Part shown: positions 18,363 to 26,884 of the stretch, one piece after another
Numbering within the stretch: position 1 is the first letter of the stretch
Layout of the letters: each line of letters begins with the position of its first letter
Assembly (NCBI GenBank): GCA_050261575.1
Contig: JBLNDL010000056.1
Coordinates: 1 to 58,594, forward strand
Source of the DNA: Sphingomonadaceae bacterium
GTDB lineage: Bacteria > Chloroflexota > UBA6077
DNA: 58,594 nucleotides
Direction: 5' to 3'
The notes under the pieces: generated by a model
Databases searched by the model: none
What the model was told of the DNA's origin: nothing
Seen by the model: only the letters and a program-made list of their open reading frames with translations
Made by a program: the position numbers and the translations under genes

Positions 18363-19367
18363 ATGACGATGCTCAAACGACCAACCCTTCGGGATGTGCT
18401 GAGCGCCAAGAAGGCTATCAGCCCCTATCTCTACCGCACGCCGCTCTACAGCTATCCCCTCCTCAACGAGGTGGTGGGCTGCGAGTTGTACGTGAAGCTG
18501 GAACGCCACCAGCCCATCGGTGCCTTCAAGGTGCGCGGTGGCATCAACCTCGTCTCGCGGCTCAGCGACGAGGAGAGGCGACGCGGCGTCGTCTGCGCTT
18601 CCGTCGGCAACACCGGCCAGTCGTTGGCCTATGCTGCCAGGCTGTTCGGGGTGCGATGCGTAATCGTCATGCCCGTGGGGGCCAATCCACTCAAAGAGGC
18701 CGCGATCCGGCAGTGGGGCGCCGAAGTCGTCTTCCATGGCAGCTACTGGAACGAGAGCGACCGCTACGCCGCGCAGTTGGCTGAGCAGCGCGGCTATCGT
18801 TACGTGCATGGTGGCAACGAGCCGCTCTTGATCGCTGGAGTGGCCACCGAGACCCTCGAGATCCTGGAGGATGAGCCGGACATCGAGATGATCCTGGTGC
18901 CTGCCGGCGGCGGGAGCGGAGCGTCGGGCGCATGCATCGTGGCGAAGTCTGTCGATCCTGCCATTCAGGTCTATGCGGTCCAGATGGAGCAGTCGCCGTC
19001 GCTCTACCGCTCCTGGAAGGCAGGCAGGCCCTCGGAGGCTCCGTGCCGTAGCTGGGCGGAGGGGATCAACAGCGGCATGCCAGACAGCCTGCCCGTGGAG
19101 ATCCTTCGCGATCTGCTGGACGATTTTGTCCTGGTTGGCGAGGACGAGGCGTGGCAAGCTGTGTGGCTGTACCTGGAGAAGACCCGCAACCTGGTCGAAG
19201 GGGGTGGAGCAGCCACCCTGGCGGCGGCGATCAAGATCAAAGATCGGCTCCGGGGTCGCAAGGTGGCGATCGTCGCGAGCGGTGGCAATCCGGAGAAGGT
19301 CATCATGGAGAGAATCCAAGAGGCCCTCGCCGGCGGCCCGGCCGGGTTAGCCAAGCCCACCGCGTAG
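18363..19367 (+). CDS. PLP-dependent serine/threonine dehydratase / serine racemase family (fold II, no ACT domain)
   Basis: KLERHQPIGAFKVRGG, VPAGGGSG, VEGGGA, ASGGN; start taken after the GGAG RBS. Confidence 0.85.
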   Translation: MTMLKRPTLRDVLSAKKAISPYLYRTPLYSYPLLNEVVGCELYVKLERHQPIGAFKVRGGINLVSRLSDEERRRGVVCASVGNTGQSLAYAARLFGVRCVIVMPVGANPLKEAAIRQWGAEVVFHGSYWNESDRYAAQLAEQRGYRYVHGGNEPLLIAGVATETLEILEDEPDIEMILVPAGGGSGASGACIVAKSVDPAIQVYAVQMEQSPSLYRSWKAGRPSEAPCRSWAEGINSGMPDSLPVEILRDLLDDFVLVGEDEAWQAVWLYLEKTRNLVEGGGAATLAAAIKIKDRLRGRKVAIVASGGNPEKVIMERIQEALAGGPAGLAKPTA

Positions 19368-19392
19368 CCCGCGGACCCACGAGGCGAGGCGA

Positions 19393-19431
19393 GCCGTCGT
19401 GGGAGCAACCTTGCGCCGCTCCCACGACGGC
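19393..19431. terminator. 14-bp stem-loop between convergent operons (REP-like / terminator)
   Basis: GCCGTCGTGGGAGC...GCTCCCACGACGGC. Confidence 0.55.
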
Positions 19432-19476
19432 GGCGGGCAGACGGGCGGCGGGGCGCGAGCCCCCGCCCAGCGCGAA

Positions 19477-21000
19477 TCAGACGCCGCTTTCCGGCATCTT
19501 CGCCGACTTCCTCATCGAGGACCTGATCGCCTTCAGCATGGGTGGGCCGAGCAGCACGAGCAGGGCCGCGATCAGCAGCGCTATGGTGATCGGCCTAGTG
19601 AAGAAGATGGACGGGTTGCCAGCGGAGAGCGTCAGCGCCCGGCGGAAGTTCTGCTCCATCATGTCCCCGAGCACCAGCGCCAACAGGCAGGGCGCGAGGG
19701 GATAGCTGTGCATCCGCATGAAGTAGCCGACGATCCCGAAGCCCAGCATCAGCCCCACGTCGAAGACCGACAGCCGCAGGCCGTACACCCCGAGCACGCA
19801 GAAGGCGATCACCATGGAGTAGAGCAGCGCCCCAGGTAGGTCCAGCAGCTTCGCGAAGATGTTCACCAGAGGAAGGTTCAGGATCAAGAGGATGGCGTTG
19901 CCCACATACATGCTGGCGAAGAGCCCCCAGACGAACTCGGGGTTCTTCTCGAACAGCAGCGGACCCGGCTGCAGCCCGTACACCATGAAGGCGCCCAGCA
20001 GCAGCGCCGTGATGCTGCTGGTCGGGATCCCCAGCGTCATCAACGGCACCAGCGCCGCCTGGTGGGCAGCGTTGTTGGCCGTTTCGGGGGCTGCCACCCC
20101 TTCGATCGCTCCGTGCCCGAAGCGCTCCGGATGCTTGGAGAGCTTCTTCTCTATGGCGTAGGACATGAAGGAGGACGTCGTCCCGCCTGCCCCGGGCAGT
20201 GCCCCGATGGCGAAGCCCAGCAGCGTGCCCCGGACGTAGGGCATGAGCGAGGCCTTTAACTCGGGCCAGGTTATCCAGTACTGGCCCTTCACCTGCAGCC
20301 TCTCCTGCTTCACCTGCTTGAACGTTCCCGCAGCGATCAGCACCTCGGAGATGGCGAAGAGGCCGATGGCCACGACGATGAAGTTGATCCCCTCCAGCAG
20401 CTCGGGCATGCCGAAGACGAAGCGCTGGGCGCCAGCCTGGATGTCCAGCCCCACCATCGAGAGCAGCAGGCCGAAGAGGGTGGAGATGAGCCCCTTCAGC
20501 GCCGAGCCGCTCGCCAGCCCAGAGACCATCGATAGCGCCAGCAGCATGAGTGCGAAGTACTCGGGCGGGGCAAAGCGGATCGCGAAGGCCGCCACCGCGG
20601 GGGATATCAGCATCAGCGCCACGGTGGCCACGGTTCCGCCGAAGAAGGAGCCGATGGCGGCGGTGGCCAGGGCGCTCTTGGCGCGCCCCTGCTTCGCCAT
20701 CTGGTAGCCGTCCAGGCAGGTGACGGTGGCTGAGGCCTCCCCTGGGGTGTTGATCAGTACGGAGGTGGTCGATCCCCCGTAGGTGGCGCCGTAGTACATG
20801 CCACACAGCATGATGATCGCCGTGGTCGGGTTCATGTCGTAGGTGAGGGGTAGCAGGACGGCGATCGCCGTGATTGGTCCCAGGCCCGGCATGACGCCGA
20901 TGACCGTCCCCAGGAGCGCCCCGACGAAGCAGTAGAAGAGGTTCTCCGGCTGGAGTGCTACCCCGAAGCCCAGGGACAGGTGCGAGATGAACTCTTCCAT
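19477..21000 (-). CDS. tctA: Tripartite tricarboxylate transporter large permease (second copy)
   Basis: GVMPGLGP, YGGSTTSVLINTPGEA, GVAAPETANNA, GLQPGP. Confidence 0.93.
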   Translation of the reverse strand: MEEFISHLSLGFGVALQPENLFYCFVGALLGTVIGVMPGLGPITAIAVLLPLTYDMNPTTAIIMLCGMYYGATYGGSTTSVLINTPGEASATVTCLDGYQMAKQGRAKSALATAAIGSFFGGTVATVALMLISPAVAAFAIRFAPPEYFALMLLALSMVSGLASGSALKGLISTLFGLLLSMVGLDIQAGAQRFVFGMPELLEGINFIVVAIGLFAISEVLIAAGTFKQVKQERLQVKGQYWITWPELKASLMPYVRGTLLGFAIGALPGAGGTTSSFMSYAIEKKLSKHPERFGHGAIEGVAAPETANNAAHQAALVPLMTLGIPTSSITALLLGAFMVYGLQPGPLLFEKNPEFVWGLFASMYVGNAILLILNLPLVNIFAKLLDLPGALLYSMVIAFCVLGVYGLRLSVFDVGLMLGFGIVGYFMRMHSYPLAPCLLALVLGDMMEQNFRRALTLSAGNPSIFFTRPITIALLIAALLVLLGPPMLKAIRSSMRKSAKMPESGV

Positions 21001-21015
21001 ATCAGTCCTTTCCCC

Positions 21016-21483
21016 CTACCAACCCAAGAGCCCTTTGGGTAGCATCACGTCCAGGACGTTCACGAAGATCAGGTAGATGCCGACGCTGAAACCCACCCCG
21101 CTCAGCAGGTTGCGCAGCCAGTGCTTCGCCTCGAACATGGCCGTCTCGTAGATGCAGAGCAGGGCGGTGGCCAGGATGTAGCCGAGCGGCTCCAGGGCGA
21201 AGACGTAGGCTGCGATGCCCAGCAGTACCAGGAACTGGGTCCTGCGGTCCTCCCTCTCCACCCCCTCGGGTAGCTCCCCCGAACCGGCCTCGGCCTCCTT
21301 GACCCGCGTGGTCCGGATGAACAGCGCCACGGAGGCCAGCAGCATACAGACGGTGAGGCCGATGGGGAACACCTCGGGGCCAACCGTCTGCCGGATGGCG
21401 GTCTTCTCCATCGTGATCGCTAGATAGAGGGCCCAGGAGGAGAAGAAGAACAGGCCGATGGACAGACCTCGGTCGAAGCTCAT
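21016..21483 (-). CDS. tctB: Tripartite tricarboxylate transporter small permease (second copy)
   Basis: VGPEVFP, LEPLGY, LDVMLPKG; TM helices. Confidence 0.85.
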   Translation of the reverse strand: MSFDRGLSIGLFFFSSWALYLAITMEKTAIRQTVGPEVFPIGLTVCMLLASVALFIRTTRVKEAEAGSGELPEGVEREDRRTQFLVLLGIAAYVFALEPLGYILATALLCIYETAMFEAKHWLRNLLSGVGFSVGIYLIFVNVLDVMLPKGLLGW

Positions 21484-21554
21484 TGTCGCCCCCATAAGGG
21501 CCGCCAGCCTTTCCCCGCCGATCCGCCGTGGCGTCCGCCATCCCGAGCCAGTCC

Positions 21555-21622
21555 GTCGTGCTGAGCGATAGCGAGGGATCACCTCTCGCCGCGTGGAGAT
21601 GCTTCGCTTCGCTCAGCACGAC
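21555..21622. repeat. REP-type palindrome (GTCRTGCTGAGCGAAGCGAAG-like family)
   Basis: GTCGTGCTGAGCGATAGCGAGGGATC...GATGCTTCGCTTCGCTCAGCACGAC inverted repeat in the tctC-tctB spacer. Confidence 0.7.
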
Positions 21623-21674
21623 GACTGTCACGATGACCCCGGCGGGGCGCAAGCTGACGGCCGATAGCTAGCTG

Positions 21675-22736
21675 TTACTTCTTCAGACCCAGCTCGGCCG
21701 CCACCTTGTCGATCAGGGCGGCCTTCTCGTCCATGGTCTTGGCGACGTCCGTGACCGAGAAGGCGTCACCCCAGCGGTACTTCTCCATCATCTCCTTCCA
21801 GGTCGCCGTCTTCACCATCTTGGCCATGGTGTCCTGCCAGTACTGGACGGCGTAGTCGGGCATGCCGGGGCCGCCGTTCAAGAAGCGGAAGTTGGACCAC
21901 TCCAGGTCCACCCCTGCCTCCTTGAAGGTGGGAACGTCGGAGAGGATGCCGCTGAGCCGCTTGCTGCCGCTCACGGCCAGTGCTCGAATCTTCTTCGCCT
22001 CGATCAGCCCCATCACGTCGTCGATGGAGGTGATCTCGGCCTTGGCGGTGCCCTCCAGCAGGACGGTGCTCGCTTCGGTGCCGCCAGAGTAGGCGGCGTA
22101 GTTGATCTTCTTCAGATCGGCACCATAGGTGAAGGCCAGGGCGCCGTAGGCGATGCGGTCGTCAGACTGGCCGCCGCACAGCGGGGTCTGATCCGGCTTC
22201 TCCTTCAGGTCCTTCAGGAGGTCGGTCAGCTTCTGGTAGGGGGAGTCGGCCCTCACCAGGATGCCGTAGTCCGTGGAGATCATCATCGCGATGGGGGTGA
22301 TGTCCTTGTGGCCGTAGGGCGAGGCGCCGCTTGCCTTGTTCAGGAACGTCGTGATCGACCCCACGGCTATCATGTTGGGATCGTTCTTGTGGCGCTGGAC
22401 GATGGTGGCCATGCCCTCCGGCGGGCCGCTGGCGTTCTCGACCGGCAGCGCCACGTTGATCAGCTTCTCCTTCTCGAGGGTCAGCGCGATGGCACGAGCG
22501 GTGGTGTCGAAGCCGCTGCCGGGCTTGGACGGGGCTATGAATGTGACGGTCTTGGTCGGGTAGTCGACCTTCTGGGCCGGCTGCGCCGCCGCCTTGGTCG
22601 GCTCCGCCGCGGCCGGCTTCGCGGACTGGTCTGCAGGCTTGGCGGGGGCCGCGGGTTGGCTGCTGCAGGCAACCAGCGACAGCGACAAGATCAGCATCGC
22701 GCCGAGGATTACCAGGAAACCTGATCGCTTTGCCAC
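21675..22736 (-). CDS. tctC: TTT substrate-binding lipoprotein (second copy)
   Basis: GTG start after GGAGG; lipobox LVAC; PGSGFDTTAR, DVPTFKEAG. Confidence 0.88.
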   Translation of the reverse strand: MAKRSGFLVILGAMLILSLSLVACSSQPAAPAKPADQSAKPAAAEPTKAAAQPAQKVDYPTKTVTFIAPSKPGSGFDTTARAIALTLEKEKLINVALPVENASGPPEGMATIVQRHKNDPNMIAVGSITTFLNKASGASPYGHKDITPIAMMISTDYGILVRADSPYQKLTDLLKDLKEKPDQTPLCGGQSDDRIAYGALAFTYGADLKKINYAAYSGGTEASTVLLEGTAKAEITSIDDVMGLIEAKKIRALAVSGSKRLSGILSDVPTFKEAGVDLEWSNFRFLNGGPGMPDYAVQYWQDTMAKMVKTATWKEMMEKYRWGDAFSVTDVAKTMDEKAALIDKVAAELGLKK

Positions 22737-22960
22737 TGGAACCTCCGTGTCGTTTACTGTCTGGAGTTGCGGTGGGCGTTCGACCGATGGAGCCTTGCTC
22801 GTGCCCTGCGGCCAGCGCATCGAGGCTGCCTGCGGCTGCCGTGGTCTCGACCGCGCAAGTCCAGCTACCGATAGCGATGGATGGCTTGGGTCGCGATGTG
22901 TAGACCTTCCAACTGATTCCTGCCAGCCCGTGTGCGTTGCCTCCTCCGTCGCACCTCCTT

Positions 22961-23899
22961 TCACCCGATCTTCTCTTGAGCCTTGGGGGCCGGCTTCAGA
23001 TCGGTCCGTTTGCCTGCCCTCACCATGCAGCTATCCAGTCGATGGGGCACCACCTCCTGCACCCGCTTCGCGATCGCGATCAACGCGTCCAGGTCTACCC
23101 CCGTTTCGATCCCCATCTCGGTCAGCATGTTCACCAGATCCTCGGTGGCCACGTTTCCCGTTGCCCCGGGGGCGTAGGGGCAGCCGCCCAAGCCGCCGAT
23201 GGAGGACTCGAAGCTGGTAATCCCCGCCTGCATGGCGGCCAGGATGTTCGCAAGCGCCATGTCCCGCGTGTTGTGCATGTGCAGGTTCCACTGGATGTCG
23301 GGAAACCTGTCCAGCATGTAGGCGGCCACGTCGTAGACCTGCCGGGGGTTCGCCACCCCGATGGTGTCGGAGAGCCCCATCTCCTTGAAGCCCATCTCCA
23401 CGTAGCGCCGGGCGATCCGCTCTATCCGCTCGATTGGCACCTCCCCCTCGAACGGGCAGCCGAAGGTGCAGGCCATCCCCCCCACCGGCTCCACCCCGGC
23501 CTCCATGGCCACGGCCACCATCGCCTCGAACCCCCGCAACGATTCCTCGATGGAGCAGTTGGCGTTGGAGCGGTTGTGGGACTCGGTGACGGACATCATG
23601 AAGTTCATCCTCTTCGGCTTGTAGGGGAGGGCCCGCTGGAGCCCCTTCATGTTGGGGACCAGCACCCGGAACTCCACCCCCTCCGGCCGGTCGATCCTCG
23701 CCATCACCTCCTCCGCGTCCGCCAGTTGCGGCACCGCCTTGGGATGGACGAAGGAGGTGGCCTGGATGTCCTTCAGCCCGCTCCGCGCCAGGGCGTTCAC
23801 GATCTCGATCTTCGTCTCGGTGAGGATCCACTGCCGCTCGGCCTGGAAGCCGTCCCTCGGGCCGACCTCCACTATCTTCGCTCTGCTGGGTAGCCGCAT
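22961..23899 (-). CDS. Hydroxymethylglutaryl-CoA lyase family (possibly (R)-citramalyl-CoA lyase-like)
   Basis: EVGPRDGFQ, TSFVHPKAVPQLAD, DTIGVANP, HMHNTR, GGLGGCPYAPGATGNVATED. Confidence 0.92.
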   Translation of the reverse strand: MRLPSRAKIVEVGPRDGFQAERQWILTETKIEIVNALARSGLKDIQATSFVHPKAVPQLADAEEVMARIDRPEGVEFRVLVPNMKGLQRALPYKPKRMNFMMSVTESHNRSNANCSIEESLRGFEAMVAVAMEAGVEPVGGMACTFGCPFEGEVPIERIERIARRYVEMGFKEMGLSDTIGVANPRQVYDVAAYMLDRFPDIQWNLHMHNTRDMALANILAAMQAGITSFESSIGGLGGCPYAPGATGNVATEDLVNMLTEMGIETGVDLDALIAIAKRVQEVVPHRLDSCMVRAGKRTDLKPAPKAQEKIG

Positions 23900-24031
23900 C
23901 GCACGCTCCTCCTGAAGGTTCTCGGTTCTCCGTGCTGGGTCTTGAGTGCCGAGTGCTGAGTGCTTGGTTGCGATCTTTCCTGAACCACTCGAGACTCAGG
24001 ACGCAGGGCCTCTCGCCCCGTCCACGCGTCC

Positions 24032-25264
24032 CTAGATCACGCCCTCCGCCCGGAGGGAATCCACCTCCGCGGGGTCGAGGCCAAGCTCCCCGCACAGGAT
24101 CTCCTCGTTGTGCTCCCCGATCGTCGCGGGGCCTGGGAAGCGGATGGCCCCCGGCGTGGACGAGAACTTGGGAACGAGGCCGGGCAGCGTCACCTTGCCC
24201 AGGACCGGGTGCTCCACCTCCACCAGGTCCTCTCGCGCCCGGTACTGGGGATCCTGGTAGATATCCGCGATGCTGTATATGGGGCACACCGGCACCCCGT
24301 TCTCGTCCAGGATCCTGAATGCCTCTTCCGCCGTGTGGCGCGAGAACCACTCTTGGACGATGTCGTAGATGGCGTACCGGTTCTCGGACCGGTGCGGGTT
24401 GGTGTCGAAGCGCGGATCGCTCAGCAGGTCGGTGCGGCCCATCACCTCGGCCAGGCGGACGAAGGTGCGCTGCGTGCTGGTGACCATCACCACCCACCTG
24501 CCGTCTTTGCACTGGAAGGTGCCGCTCGGGGCGGCCCCCTGCCCGACGTGGCCGCCCCGCTCCTTGACCTTTCCCGTGAGGCCGTATTCCACCACCACCG
24601 GCTCCAGCATCCGGAAGGCGGACTCGAAGAGTGCGATGTCGGCGTACTGTCCCTCGGGGGTGTCGTGGACCTTGAGGTGGTAGAGGGCCATCACCGCGGC
24701 CAGCGCACCGAAGGTGCCGGTCATGTAGTCCACGAGGGCGATAGGGGGGCTGATGGGGGCGCGATCCGGGTAGCCCTGGAGGTAGGTGAGGCCGCTGAAA
24801 GCCGCCGCCGGTGTGCCGAATCCGGCCTTGCTCGAGTACGGCCCCGTCTGACCGTAGCCAGAGATGCGCACCATGATGATCTTCGGGTTGACCTGCTTCA
24901 GCACGTCGTAGCCGAGCCCCCAGTTCTCCAGGGTGCCGGGCCGGAAGTTCTCCACCACGACGTCGGCAGTTGCCACCAGGCGCTTCAGGATCTCCTTGCC
25001 CTTCTCCGTGCGGATGTCCAGGCTCAGGGATCGCTTGTTCCGGGCGAGGCTGCACCAGGGACCCGGCACCCCCTCGACGATGGGGCCCATGCCGCGATTG
25101 GCGTCGCCGACCTTGGGCAGCTCCACCTTGATGACGTCGGCCCCGAAGTCGGCCAACAAGCTGGCGGCGAAGGGCCCGGCGAACATCGTCGCCAGGTCGA
25201 TGACCCTGACGCCGACCAGCGGCCCCTGGAACGGCCTATGGTTCCTCGTAGCTGCTCCTTTCAT
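24032..25264 (-). CDS. Family III CoA-transferase (CaiB/BaiF)
   Basis: PLVGVRVID, AGPFAASLLADFGADVIKVE, RNKRS, ENFRPG, ISGYGQTGPY, catalytic Asp in ALVDY. Confidence 0.93.
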   Translation of the reverse strand: MKGAATRNHRPFQGPLVGVRVIDLATMFAGPFAASLLADFGADVIKVELPKVGDANRGMGPIVEGVPGPWCSLARNKRSLSLDIRTEKGKEILKRLVATADVVVENFRPGTLENWGLGYDVLKQVNPKIIMVRISGYGQTGPYSSKAGFGTPAAAFSGLTYLQGYPDRAPISPPIALVDYMTGTFGALAAVMALYHLKVHDTPEGQYADIALFESAFRMLEPVVVEYGLTGKVKERGGHVGQGAAPSGTFQCKDGRWVVMVTSTQRTFVRLAEVMGRTDLLSDPRFDTNPHRSENRYAIYDIVQEWFSRHTAEEAFRILDENGVPVCPIYSIADIYQDPQYRAREDLVEVEHPVLGKVTLPGLVPKFSSTPGAIRFPGPATIGEHNEEILCGELGLDPAEVDSLRAEGVI

Positions 25265-25347
25265 CCACAGTTCCTCCTGTCGGCCAGCCCCATCCGTTGC
25301 GGCTGGCGCCGGTGATTGGACGCGCAAGGGCCCCGAGAAGCGCGGTG

Positions 25348-26124
25348 CTACACTCGGCTGCACAGTCTGGCCACCTCGACGGCAGCCCGTCGAACCTCCA
25401 CGGAGAGGTGCTCGATCTTCTCGTCGGTCATCCGATTGGCGGGGCCGGTGAGGGCCAACGCGGCGATGGTACCCCTGCCGGTCTTGGAGACCGGGGCCGC
25501 GATGGAGACGACGCCACTCTCCCGCTCCCCCCAGCTAACCGCGAACCCCTGCCGGCGGACCTCCTCCAGCTTCGCCAGCAGTGCCTCCTTGCTGTAGGGC
25601 TTGCCGCTGGCCAGGCGCATCTCCCCCAGCGTGTCCAGGAAGCGTCGCAGCTCGTCCTCCGGCATCGCCAGCATCAGGACCCGGCTAGCGGCGCCAACGT
25701 GCAGGGGCAGGCGCTGGCCGACCTGGAGGATGTAGCCGAGGGAGTGGCGGCTCTGGACCCGCTGGATCACCACCCTGTCGAAGCCCTGCCGCACCTGCAG
25801 CGACACGGTCTCGTCTGAGAGGAGGGCAAGCTCCTCCAGCACCGGGAGCGCGGCCCTGGCCAGGCTGTTCCCCGAGAGGAACGCCCCCGCGAGCGGAACC
25901 ACGCCCGGGCCGAGGTGGTAGAGCAGACGCTCCTTCTGGACGAACCCGCGGCGCTCCAGGACCGAGAGCAGACGTTGGGTGGTGGCCTTGGGGATCTCGG
26001 TGGCACGGGACAGCTCGCTCAGGCCCAGCGGCTGGCCGGCCTTCTCCAGGGCAACCAGGATATCCAGCGTGCGCTCGACCGAGCGCACGGAGTTCGAGGA
26101 TTGGTGGGGTGTAGAGCGGATCAC
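25348..26124 (-). CDS. IclR family transcriptional regulator (paralog of 10377-11141)
   Basis: SVERTLDIL HTH, GQRLPLHVGAAS, GFAVSWGERESGVVSIAAPV; GTG start behind AGGTGG. Confidence 0.9.
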   Translation of the reverse strand: MIRSTPHQSSNSVRSVERTLDILVALEKAGQPLGLSELSRATEIPKATTQRLLSVLERRGFVQKERLLYHLGPGVVPLAGAFLSGNSLARAALPVLEELALLSDETVSLQVRQGFDRVVIQRVQSRHSLGYILQVGQRLPLHVGAASRVLMLAMPEDELRRFLDTLGEMRLASGKPYSKEALLAKLEEVRRQGFAVSWGERESGVVSIAAPVSKTGRGTIAALALTGPANRMTDEKIEHLSVEVRRAAVEVARLCSRV

Positions 26125-26187
26125 CGTACCACCTGATGGAACATCATCCTGCATGCTGAGACTACCACCAGGATGCCGCATTGTCAA
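26125..26187 (-). promoter_or_regulatory. Second IclR-operon promoter and candidate operator
   Basis: TTGACA-17 bp-(TGg)TAGTCT, then GTTCCATCAGGTGGTAC over the RBS; same spacing to the start codon as at 11142-11203. Confidence 0.65.
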
Positions 26188-26426
26188 TACGTTCGGATCG
26201 GTGGCCTGCCAAACCTCCACATACTTAACCAGGCGATATTGGCCGCTGAGTCGAGACGCCGGCGCTGGTTTCGCTGCCCCACGGCCTAGTGGCAGCGGCC
26301 GACCAGGCGCTGTACCAGGCGAAGGCGGGTGGCCGCGCCCGCTACGCGCGCGCGCTTCGTGGCTGACGCGGCCTAGCCACCCCGGCGAGATGACGGGCAC
26401 GTTGCCCCAAGGCCCCGAGAAAAACG

Positions 26427-26456
26427 TTGACAGAACGAACCGCCCTGTGATAGAGT
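26427..26456 (+). promoter_or_regulatory. Sigma70 promoter of the ilv-leu leader
   Basis: TTGACA-18 bp-(TGa)TAGAGT immediately upstream of T-box stem I. Confidence 0.65.
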
Positions 26457-26484
26457 GGCCAACAACCCACAGCCGAATACACGA

Positions 26485-26840
26485 AGCGTTGATGGGGAGT
26501 AGTAGAGAAGCGCCGAAGCCCAGAGAGCTGGGGTAAGGTGAAAGCCCAGTGCAGAGGTGCCTCTCGAACTCGCCCCGGAGCAGCCAGGGCGAACGGGCGG
26601 GCAAAGGGGGCCGCGCGCCAGTAGTCCTGTGTCAGGCCACGGAGCTGTTATACTCCGTAGAGTGGATGCGCTTTCAGGCTCGCATCAACTAGGGTGGTAC
26701 CGCGAGACACTACAGTCTCGTCCCTCAGGGGACGGGGCTTTTTCTTATCCACCCGTAGCCCGAGCGAGCCGGTTCGCATCAACTGGGGTGGTACCGCGGG
26801 GTGGAATCCCGTCCCTTCGGGGGCGGGGTTTTTGTTTCTC
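26485..26840 (+). ncRNA. Leu T-box riboswitch, partially duplicated (one stem I, two antiterminator/terminator modules)
   Basis: Stem I with AGTA, AGAGA and GGTG motifs; specifier GAA-CTC (Leu, 26569-26571). Stem II AGTA and F-box CTGTTA. T-boxes AGGGTGGTACCGCG (26691-26704) and GGGGTGGTACCGCG (26785-26798), each followed by a GC hairpin and U-tract. Confidence 0.93.
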
Positions 26841-26884
26841 CGGAAAGCCGTACGCTGGTAGTTGGAAGGGGGTATCTGTCCACC

